Notes under the pieces: model-generated | What the model was told of the DNA's origin: nothing | What the model saw: only the letters and a program-made list of their open reading frames with translations | Databases searched by the model: none | Part shown: piece after piece, positions 25,068 to 32,000 of the stretch | Position numbering within the stretch: the first letter of the stretch is position 1 | How the letters are laid out: each line of letters opens with the position of its first letter | From: Bryobacterales bacterium | GTDB taxonomy: Bacteria > Acidobacteriota > Terriglobia > Bryobacterales > Bryobacteraceae | DNA length: 32,000 nt | NCBI GenBank assembly: GCA_963778675.1 | Contig: CAVZVI010000014.1 | Coordinates: 444,357 to 476,356, forward strand | Reading direction: 5' to 3' | Position numbers and translations under genes: made by a program

Positions 25068-25144
25068 CGTGTGAAATGCTTTGAGTTTGAAAGGACTTTG
25101 ATGCCTCGAAGCCTGTCTGAACATCTGAGGGAAGAGGAACGCAC

Positions 25145-25654
25145 ATGAATTCAGCCAACGGGAAGTTTGCGGACGTCGAAATCGCGCCTCGGGAGCCCGG
25201 CACCCCGGAGGTATCCTCCACGGGATTCAAGATCTTCAATCGCATCGTCGACTGGATTACCAGCGACCGCATGCAGTTGATCAACATCACGGAGCGCATC
25301 AACGAGATTGTTCGCAAGAGCGGCGTGCGGGACGGGATCGTGCACCTGCACTCCCTGCACACCACTACATCCGTGTTCATCAACGAATGGCAGGATGCGC
25401 TGCTCCATGACGTGCGCCAGTTCCTGGATGACATCGTCAACCGCGACGATTATTTCCGTCACAACGATCCCCTGTATTCGGACTGCGAACGGAAGAACGC
25501 CGACTCGCACCTCCGTGGAATGGTGATGGGCCAAAGCCTGTGTTTGCAGGTTCGCAACTCCACCGTACTTCTGGGCACCTGGCAAAGCATCATTCTGGCG
25601 GAATTCGACGGCCCTCGCAGCCGGTCGCTCTCGATTCAAGTCTCAGGCGTCTGA
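25145..25654 (+). CDS. yjbQ: YjbQ/UPF0047 family protein ('secondary thiamine-phosphate synthase enzyme')
   Basis: 169 aa. 'LINITERINEIVRKSGVRDGIVHLHSLHTTTSVFINE', 'DSHLRGMVMGQSLCLQV' and 'LGTWQSIILAEFDGPRSR' are typical YjbQ blocks. Carries an N-terminal extension of about 25 aa. Confidence 0.85.
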   Translation: MNSANGKFADVEIAPREPGTPEVSSTGFKIFNRIVDWITSDRMQLINITERINEIVRKSGVRDGIVHLHSLHTTTSVFINEWQDALLHDVRQFLDDIVNRDDYFRHNDPLYSDCERKNADSHLRGMVMGQSLCLQVRNSTVLLGTWQSIILAEFDGPRSRSLSIQVSGV

Positions 25655-25669
25655 CCGGCGCCGCCCCCG

Positions 25670-26110
25670 ATGCCGAAGCGCTTTACTCTTGAGGAAGCTC
25701 AGGGCCTGCTCCCGGCGTTGAACGGACTGTTGCGCGAGGCGGTGGCCCTCAAGAGCGACTACGATGAGGCCGAGCGGGAGGTTGAGTCTTTCTCCGAGCA
25801 CGTGATGATGATGGGCGGCGTCTCGGTCGATCGGGCGCGTGTGCTCGAGACGCGCAAGCGGCGTGAAGCGCTGACGGCGGGGTTGCGGCGTTCCATCGAG
25901 CAGATCCAGGAGCTCGGTTGCCATCTCAAAGACCTGGATATCGGTCTGGTCGATTTCCCCACTCTCTTCCGCGGCAACGAGGTCTACCTCTGCTGGAAGC
26001 TCGGTGAGCCTTCCATCGAGTTCTGGCACGGCGTGGATGAAGGGTTCCGCGGCCGCAAACCGATCGACCAGGACTTTCTCGAGCATCATGAAGGCGACTC
26101 CCCGGAATAG
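25670..26110 (+). CDS. DUF2203-family protein
   Basis: 146 aa. 'KRFTLEEAQGLLPALNGLL' plus 'GCHLKDLDIGLVDFPTLFRGNEVYLCWKLGEPSIEFWHGVDEGFRGRKPI' matches my recollection of DUF2203. Lies 15 nt after yjbQ. Confidence 0.65.
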   Translation: MPKRFTLEEAQGLLPALNGLLREAVALKSDYDEAEREVESFSEHVMMMGGVSVDRARVLETRKRREALTAGLRRSIEQIQELGCHLKDLDIGLVDFPTLFRGNEVYLCWKLGEPSIEFWHGVDEGFRGRKPIDQDFLEHHEGDSPE

Positions 26111-26654
26111 CCGCGAAACCGAGATCAAGCTGCGCGTGCAAGACGCCTCGTCGGCGCGCCGCAGGCTGCTCAAGGCCGGCTTCCGGCTCCTGAAGCGGCG
26201 AGTGTTCGAAGAGAATACCGTCTTCGATACTCCCGGCTTCAAGCTGCGCAAAAGCGCGTCCCTGCTGCGCGTGCGGCGGGCGGGCAAGGCGGCCACCCTG
26301 ACTTACAAAGGCCGGCCGATCCCCGGGCCTCACAAGAGCCGTGAGGAACTGGAAACTGTGCTTTCCGCCCCGGAGGCGCTCTTCGGCATTCTGGACCGGC
26401 TCGGCTACCGCCCCACATGGCGATACGAGAAGTTTCGCACCGAATACCGGTGTGGGGCCGGTGTGGCCACGGTCGACGAAACTCCCATCGGCGTCTTTGT
26501 CGAACTGGAAGGGCCGCCGGAGTGGATCGATCGTACCGCCCGCCGCCTGGCCTTTACCCCAGCCAACTACATCAAGGCCAGCTACGCCCGGCTTTACCTG
26601 CAATGGTGCGCAGAACAACGCGTGAAACCTTCGGATATGGTTTTCTCTCACTAA
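26088..26654 (+). CDS. CYTH-domain protein (CyaB-like class IV adenylate cyclase / triphosphate tunnel metalloenzyme)
   Basis: Start ATG 26088 overlaps the DUF2203 gene by 23 nt. The N-terminal 'ETEIKLRV' is the ExExK CYTH signature. 'LLRVRR...ATLTYKG', 'RTEY' and 'VDETPIGVFVELE' follow the tunnel-strand pattern. Confidence 0.8.
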   Translation: MKATPRNSRETEIKLRVQDASSARRRLLKAGFRLLKRRVFEENTVFDTPGFKLRKSASLLRVRRAGKAATLTYKGRPIPGPHKSREELETVLSAPEALFGILDRLGYRPTWRYEKFRTEYRCGAGVATVDETPIGVFVELEGPPEWIDRTARRLAFTPANYIKASYARLYLQWCAEQRVKPSDMVFSH

Positions 26655-26734
26655 GGCCACCAAACTGCCGCTAAGCCCCGTACCACACGGTGTCCTTCGG
26701 CGCTCGCATCCGGCCGCGCCGGCCTCAATAATAG

Positions 26735-28084
26735 TTGTCAGTGGCCGCCGATCCTTACGAACGCGTTCCCTATCCGACCTATCCCCGGAACCAGACGCAC
26801 CCCGATTGCCTCGCGGCGGTCGCCACCTTGTTCGGCATGCGGCCCGCACCCGTCGACCGGTGCCGCGTCCTGGAACTGGGGTGCGGCGATGGCGGCAACC
26901 TCCTTCCCATGGCCTACGCGCTGCCGGCGAGCGAGTTCGCCGGAATCGATCTCGCGTGCGACGCCGTCGGCGAGGGCCGCCGCATGGCGGAAGCGCTGGA
27001 ACTCCGCAACGTGCGCCTGATCTCGGGCGACCTGCGCGAGATCGGCGCGGGTTTCGGCGAGTTCGACTACATCATCGCGCACGGCCTCTACTCGTGGGTG
27101 CCGCGGGATGTCCGGGAGCACCTGTTATGGATCTGCCGCGCGTGCCTGGCGCCTGAGGGTGTCGCACTGGTCAGCTACAATTGCTATCCGGGCGGATACC
27201 TGCGCCAGATGCTTCGCGAGATGCTGCGGTATCACGTTCGCGGCATCGAGGAACCCGGGCGCGAGATGGCCGAAGCGCGGAGTTTTCTCCGGCTTTTCCT
27301 CCACTCGCGAATGCTCACTCCGGAATGGCAGGCACTGGCCGACCGTGAGGCCAGGGCAATGATGGAGCGGGACGATGCCGGCCTCTATCACGACGATCTC
27401 GCCGCCATTAACGATCCCGCCTGGTTTCACGAGTTCGCCGCGCACGCAGCGCACTACGGCCTGCAGTACCTGGGCGAAGCCGAACCGCATGAGATGTTCG
27501 ATCATCGCGGCGCGCTCGGGCAGGTCGCCGGCGGCGTGCTGGAACGCGAGCAGTACCTGGACTTTCTGAAGGTCCGCCGCTTCCGCCAGACGCTCCTATG
27601 CCGCGACAGCGTGGCACTCGACCGCGAAGTGGGCCCGTGGAACATGGACCGCTTCCGGTTTTCCGCTTCCGGACGCGAGGTCGCGATCGCCACCGAAGAT
27701 GGGCCTGCCCGGCAGGTGGCACAGGCGTTGAAAGACGTCTTCCCGCTGTCCGAGGAGTTCGACGAGTTGCTGCCCTACGCGGGCAGCCCCCACGCGCTGC
27801 GCGAAATTCTGTTCACGCTGGTCTCCGCGGGGTTCGCCGACCTCCACGTGTACGAATTCCCGTGCGTGGATACCGTTTCGGAGCGTCCTCGTGCCAGCGC
27901 CGTAGCTCGCTACCAGGCGAAGGGCTCCGCTTCGGTGACCAACCTTTGCCACATGGTGGTCGAACTGGAAGACACGGCGCGGCAGGCCCTCCAGTTGCTC
28001 GATGGCACGCGAACACCCGACGAAATCGGCCCCGGAAGGGACTGGCTCGAGTGGATGGCCGAAATGGCCCTGCTCGAGGCGTAA
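26735..28084 (+). CDS. Class I SAM-dependent methyltransferase with C-terminal 'methyltransferase regulatory domain' (PKMT-like architecture)
   Basis: 449 aa. 'VLELGCGDGGNLLPMA' is SAM motif I, and 'DYIIAHGLYSWVP' follows. The long C-terminal domain ('YHDDL...F.EF...GL.YLGEA', 'FRQTLLC') resembles the regulatory domain seen with these MTases. Start is TTG 26735 or GTG 26741. Confidence 0.7.
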   Translation: MSVAADPYERVPYPTYPRNQTHPDCLAAVATLFGMRPAPVDRCRVLELGCGDGGNLLPMAYALPASEFAGIDLACDAVGEGRRMAEALELRNVRLISGDLREIGAGFGEFDYIIAHGLYSWVPRDVREHLLWICRACLAPEGVALVSYNCYPGGYLRQMLREMLRYHVRGIEEPGREMAEARSFLRLFLHSRMLTPEWQALADREARAMMERDDAGLYHDDLAAINDPAWFHEFAAHAAHYGLQYLGEAEPHEMFDHRGALGQVAGGVLEREQYLDFLKVRRFRQTLLCRDSVALDREVGPWNMDRFRFSASGREVAIATEDGPARQVAQALKDVFPLSEEFDELLPYAGSPHALREILFTLVSAGFADLHVYEFPCVDTVSERPRASAVARYQAKGSASVTNLCHMVVELEDTARQALQLLDGTRTPDEIGPGRDWLEWMAEMALLEA

Positions 28085-28148
28085 TGGCTAACGAGACTCA
28101 TCCTTGATTCGTCTAATTCGTTGAATTCCCGAGAGTTCAGGAGGAGCC

Positions 28149-30623
28149 ATGGAGACATTCCGGCAGGACCTGCGCCACGCCGTCCGCAGCCTGCTGCAAG
28201 CGCCGGGATTCACCCTGGTCGCTGCGCTGACGCTGGCGATCGGAATCGGCGCCAACACGGCTGTTTTCAGCATCATCAATGCGATCCTGTTGCGCCCGCT
28301 CCAGTTTCGCTCTCCGGAACAGCTTGTCCGGCTTTACGAAACCGAGTCGGCGCCAGGGAAATACCCGTTCGCCGGGCCCGATTTCGTCGACTGGAAGGCG
28401 CAGAACAGCTCGTTCCAGGATATGACGCTCTTCGGCTGGGGAAACGATTTCAACCTGAGCGCCCAAGGCAGCCCCGACCACATCATCGGCGTTCCTACTG
28501 AGGCGAATTTCTTCTCCCTGCTCGGCGTGCAGCCGCTCCTCGGCCGGACCTGGACCGCCGGCGAAGATCAGCCCGGTAAAAACCAGGTGGCGGTCCTGGG
28601 CTACGCCTTGTGGCGCAGCCGGTTCGCCGGCGATCCTCACGCGGTGGGCGAAACCGTCGAGCTGAACTCGAAGAAGTACACGATCGTCGGCGTCATGCCG
28701 GCCGGCTTCCGCTTTCCATCCCAGGCGCAGCTCTGGATCCCGCTGGACATGAGCAGCAAGGGCCTCGGGAACCGCGGCAGCCACTGGGCCAATGCGATCG
28801 GAAGGTTGAAGCCCGGTGTCGCGCCCAAGGCCGCGCTGGCCGACTTGACCACCATCGCCGGGCGCCTCGAACAGCGCTACCCGGATTCGAACTACAAAAT
28901 TGGGGCCGTGGTGGTGCCCCTGCATGAAGACCTGGTCGGCAAGTCGCGCGATTCGCTGATCCTGATGCTTTCGGCGGTAGGCCTGGTCCTGTTGATCGCC
29001 TGCGCCAACGTGGCGAACCTGCTGCTCTCCCGCGCTGTGGCCCGGCAGAAGGAGATGGCCGTCCGCAGCGCGCTCGGGGCGGGACGCGCCAGGCTCTTCC
29101 GGCAGTTGCTGACCGAGAGCCTGGTGCTTTCGCTCAGCGGCGGCGCCTTGGGTCTGCTGCTGGGGTGGGGCATCATCGGCTGGTTCTCGAACGCCAAGGA
29201 CATTGCCCTGCCGCGCTTCAGCGTCATCCAGCTCGATCTGCCGGTGCTCGGCTTCACCTGCGCGCTGGCCATCCTCACGGGCGTCCTGTTCGGGGTATAC
29301 CCCGCGCTCCAGACATCGCGGCCGGACCTGCATGAGGAGTTGAAAGGCGGGGCCGGAAGTTCGATCAGTCCCGGCAAGCGCCGCCGATTCACGAGCAACG
29401 TGCTGGTCGTGGCGGAGTTTGCGCTTTCGCTGCTCCTGCTGGCCTCGGCCGGCCTGCTGCTCAAGGACTTCGCACGATTGCGCGGTATGGATGTCGGCGT
29501 CCGCCCGGAGGGGGTCTGGACTGCCGCCATCCGTCTGCCGGACGCCAACTATTCCACCGATCCTCAGAGGTTTGTGTTCGCCGGGGCATTGCTCGATCGC
29601 GCACAGCGGATTCCCGGCGTGGACACGGCGGCCATCAGTAACCGCCTCCCGCTCGAGGGCGGCAGCAACTACTACATCAGTATCCGCGGCCGGAAGTCGG
29701 AACCCATGAGCGGTCCGCTGGTGGAGAGCCACGCCATCTCTCCCGGCTACTTCCGCGCGATGGGCATACGCCTGCTGAAAGGGCGGCTGTTCACTCCCGC
29801 CGACGTTCAAGGGGTTCTGGCCATGCGTGAGCGTGCCCGCCCGCTCTTCGAGGGCGGCACGCGGCCATCCCCCGACCAGACCAACGCGCTGATCTTCCCG
29901 GTGGTGATCAACGAGAGCATGCTGCGGGCATTCTGGCCGAACGAGAATCCGCTCGGACAGATGTTTTCCAACGGGGGTACGAGCGGCCCCTGGCGGCAGG
30001 TGATTGGCGTGGTGAGTGACGTGCGCCAGTGGGGCCTGACCCACAAGCCGGTGCCGGAGGCGTACGACGTGTCCGACGGCGACTCCCGCTTCTTCCTGGT
30101 TCTCCATACCTCGCTCAAGCCGGCCTCGCTGACTGGCGAGGTCCGCCAGGCACTGTCGCGGATCGACCCTAGCTTACCGCTCTTCTCGGTGCGCACGATG
30201 GACGACGTGATCGCAGAGAATGCCCAGGGCCAGCGCTTTCTGAGTCTGCTGATCGGTTCTTTCGCGGCGCTTGCGGCCTTGCTGGCGGCGATCGGGATCT
30301 ACGGCGTGCTTTCCTACCTGGTGACGCAGCGCACGCGCGAGATCGGCATCCGGATGGCGCTTGGGGCGAGCCGCCGCCGGGTGCTGGGCGGCATCCTGGG
30401 GGAGGGCGCGCGCCTCGCGTTGATCGGATTCGCCGTCGGGTTGGCTGGAGCGCTCGCGGCCGGCCGCATCCTGGCGAGCCTCCTCCACGAGGTTCAGCCC
30501 GGCGACCCGATGGTTCTCGCATCGACCGCCGGGTTGCTGGCGGCGGTTGCGCTCATCGCTTGTTATCTGCCGGCGCGGCGGGCGGCGAAGCTGGATCCCA
30601 TGCGTGCCTTGAGGTATGAATAG
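28149..30623 (+). CDS. ABC-type MacB/FtsX-like permease, ADOP family (second intact copy)
   Basis: 824 aa. 'FRQDLRHAVRSLLQAPGFTLVAALTLAIGIGANTAVFSIINAILLRPL', two FtsX modules, and a C-terminal 'AAKLDPMRALRYE'. AGGAGG RBS at 28138-43. Confidence 0.9.
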   Translation: METFRQDLRHAVRSLLQAPGFTLVAALTLAIGIGANTAVFSIINAILLRPLQFRSPEQLVRLYETESAPGKYPFAGPDFVDWKAQNSSFQDMTLFGWGNDFNLSAQGSPDHIIGVPTEANFFSLLGVQPLLGRTWTAGEDQPGKNQVAVLGYALWRSRFAGDPHAVGETVELNSKKYTIVGVMPAGFRFPSQAQLWIPLDMSSKGLGNRGSHWANAIGRLKPGVAPKAALADLTTIAGRLEQRYPDSNYKIGAVVVPLHEDLVGKSRDSLILMLSAVGLVLLIACANVANLLLSRAVARQKEMAVRSALGAGRARLFRQLLTESLVLSLSGGALGLLLGWGIIGWFSNAKDIALPRFSVIQLDLPVLGFTCALAILTGVLFGVYPALQTSRPDLHEELKGGAGSSISPGKRRRFTSNVLVVAEFALSLLLLASAGLLLKDFARLRGMDVGVRPEGVWTAAIRLPDANYSTDPQRFVFAGALLDRAQRIPGVDTAAISNRLPLEGGSNYYISIRGRKSEPMSGPLVESHAISPGYFRAMGIRLLKGRLFTPADVQGVLAMRERARPLFEGGTRPSPDQTNALIFPVVINESMLRAFWPNENPLGQMFSNGGTSGPWRQVIGVVSDVRQWGLTHKPVPEAYDVSDGDSRFFLVLHTSLKPASLTGEVRQALSRIDPSLPLFSVRTMDDVIAENAQGQRFLSLLIGSFAALAALLAAIGIYGVLSYLVTQRTREIGIRMALGASRRRVLGGILGEGARLALIGFAVGLAGALAAGRILASLLHEVQPGDPMVLASTAGLLAAVALIACYLPARRAAKLDPMRALRYE

Positions 30624-30638
30624 CGGGGCCTGCGCGAC

Positions 30639-31269
30639 TTACTTCCGCTTCACCAGAAACACTGCTGTTTCGGCCATCAGGTTCGGCAGAAGCGTCACCT
30701 TCCGGTGTCCGGCCAGAAAATACCGGCGCTCAACCACGAGCCCTTCGATCGCCGCCAGCTCCTCGAAATCCTGCACGGTCAGGAAGTGGATGTTGGGCGA
30801 GTCGTACCACTCGTAGGGAAACAGCGCGGTGCGCGGGGCTCGGCCGCTCATCAGCATCGAGAGCCGCACGCGCCAGTGGCCGAAATTCGGAAACGCCACA
30901 ATGGCCCGCCGTGCCACGCGCAGCATCTCCCGAAGCACCTGCCGCGGATGGCGGGTCTCCTGCAGCGTCTGGCTCAGGATCACGTAGTCGAACGCCTGGG
31001 TCGGGGTAATCGGCCAGTCCCTCGTCGATATCGCCCTGGTAGACCGAGACGCCGCGGGCGATGGCGCGCTGCACCTTGGCGGACGAGATCTCGACGCCGC
31101 GCGCCTCCACTCCTTTGTTGGCGGCCAGCCACTCCAGCAACTCGCCCTCGCCGCAGCCGAGATCCAGCACCCGGGTGCCCGGCTCTACGATCTCGCCGAT
31201 GATGGCGTAATCGCTGCGCCCCAGCACCTCGCGAACGAACGCCTGCTTCCCGGGGGTCTCGGTGGTCAT
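30639..31269 (-). pseudogene. metW: Methionine biosynthesis protein MetW, interrupted by a +1 frameshift (or assembly error)
   Basis: ORF 31269-30730 reads MetW-like up to '...VYQGDIDEGLADYPD'. ORF 30983-30639 continues as '(QAFDY)VILSQTLQETRHPRQVLREMLRVARRAIVAFPNFGHWRVR...'. Removing one C from GACCCAGG (plus-strand GGG at 30998-31000) restores 'DYPDQAFDYVILSQTLQ'. The metW ATG overlaps the metX stop (ATGA). Confidence 0.8.
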
Positions 31270-32000
31270 CGTGTCTTCTCGTAGGTGCTGGCGAGGAAAC
31301 CCGTGATCAGCGTGCTCTCCTCGGCGACGTCCACCAGGAACGAGTCGTGCCCGTAGTTCGATTGCAGCTCCACGTACGCCACGTCGCAGTTGCGCGCCCG
31401 CAACGCCCGTACGATCTCCTGCGACTGGTAGCTCGGATAGAGCCAGTCGGAGCTGAAGCTGATCACCAGGAACCGCGCCTGCGCCGCCCCGAGCGCCGCG
31501 GTCAGGCTGCCGTGCCCGTTGGTGAGGTCGAAGTAATCCATCGCCTTGGTGATGAAGAGGTACGAATTGGCGTCGAAGCGGTTCACGAACTGGCTGCCGC
31601 GATAGCGCAGGTAGCTCTCCACTTCGAAATCGACGTCGAAGCCGAAGCCGAAGTTCTCCTTGCCGCGCAGGCGGCGGCCGAACTTCTCGCGCATCGAGTC
31701 GTCGCTCATGTAGGTAATGTGGCCCACCATGCGGGCGACGGCCAGTCCGCGGGCGGGCGGTTGCTTGCCGTAGTAGTTGCCCTCGTTCCAGTCGGGGTCG
31801 GCCATGATGGCCTGGCGGCCGACCTCGTTAAACGCAATCTGCTGCGCGCTGTGACGCGTGGTGGTGGCGATGGGGATGGCCGAGACCACGCGGTCCGGGT
31901 ACGCCACCGCCCACTCGAGCGCCTGCATGCCGCCCATCGATCCGCCCGAAACGGAGAGCAGCCGCGGAATCCCGAACCAGTCGATGAGCATCTTCTGCAG
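31266..32000 (-). CDS. metX: Homoserine O-acetyltransferase, C-terminal part (5' end lies beyond the window)
   Basis: The frame is open to the window edge. '[23 protein letters not shown]' carries the nucleophile elbow GxSxG. 'SFSSDWLYP' and '[12 protein letters not shown]' carry the Asp and His of the catalytic triad. Confidence 0.9.
   Translation of the reverse strand: MQKMLIDWFGIPRLLSVSGGSMGGMQALEWAVAYPDRVVSAIPIATTTRHSAQQIAFNEVGRQAIMADPDWNEGNYYGKQPPARGLAVARMVGHITYMSDDSMREKFGRRLRGKENFGFGFDVDFEVESYLRYRGSQFVNRFDANSYLFITKAMDYFDLTNGHGSLTAALGAAQARFLVISFSSDWLYPSYQSQEIVRALRARNCDVAYVELQSNYGHDSFLVDVAEESTLITGFLASTYEKTR

Noticed and set aside
26710-26724. A GC hairpin (CCGGC-CGC-GCCGG / GGCCG-CGC-CGGCC) after the CYTH gene, considered as an intrinsic terminator.
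   Set aside because: The stem is only 5 bp, and it is followed by CTCAATAATAG rather than a U-tract. This is insufficient for a rho-independent terminator call.
375-30107. Many long antisense or alternative-frame ORFs, including 375-1091(-), 2811-4202(-), 4589-5695(-), 7485-8729(-), 9585-11351(-), 16256-17914(-), 23777-24865(-), 28137-30107(-) and the numerous R/P/G/A-rich plus-strand frames.
   Set aside because: These are typical shadow ORFs of GC-rich DNA. They lie opposite or out of frame to ORFs with clear family motifs. Their translations are low-complexity Arg/Gly/Pro/Ala-rich, and they have no RBS or family resemblance.
1-32000. A search by eye for CRISPR repeats, IS or transposase ends, integrase genes, tRNA-flanked islands, toxin-antitoxin pairs and known anti-phage defence genes.
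   Set aside because: I found none. There are no spaced direct repeats and no recombinase, transposase or phage-like translations. The only compositional dips are short intergenic spacers and the 4.4-4.9 kb segment.

Overview
The window is GC-rich, densely coding bacterial chromosome. I see no rRNA, tRNA, CRISPR array, transposase, integrase or phage genes. Three MacB/FtsX-type 'ADOP' orphan permease genes (two intact, one a PadR-linked remnant) and a squalene-hopene cyclase suggest an Acidobacteriota-like genome; this taxonomic call is inference only. Confident housekeeping calls are dapF, an NDP-sugar dehydrogenase, shc, ispG, an aldehyde/succinate-semialdehyde dehydrogenase, an MFS transporter, a PAP2 phosphatase, an MBL-fold hydrolase and metX-metW (metW is frameshifted). 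I cannot prove that any novel system is present. Four loci seem most worth follow-up: (1) A promoter-led, overlapping yjbQ-DUF2203-CYTH cluster at 25.06-26.65 kb. It pairs two families with thiamine-phosphate-related histories around an unknown protein. (2) The stretch at 18.1-20.6 kb. It holds a standalone CTP-synthase-type glutamine amidotransferase domain whose catalytic Cys and His read Ser and Gln, then an unrecognisable 129-aa ORF and a VOC(glyoxalase-fold)-PP2C/SpoIIE fusion. (3) A unit at 4.57-8.29 kb made of a small exported protein, an orphan ADOP permease and a DUF2971 protein. (4) A decayed SRPBCC / PadR / permease-remnant locus at 13.0-14.5 kb. All family assignments come from reading motifs in the supplied translations. 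No database search was run.
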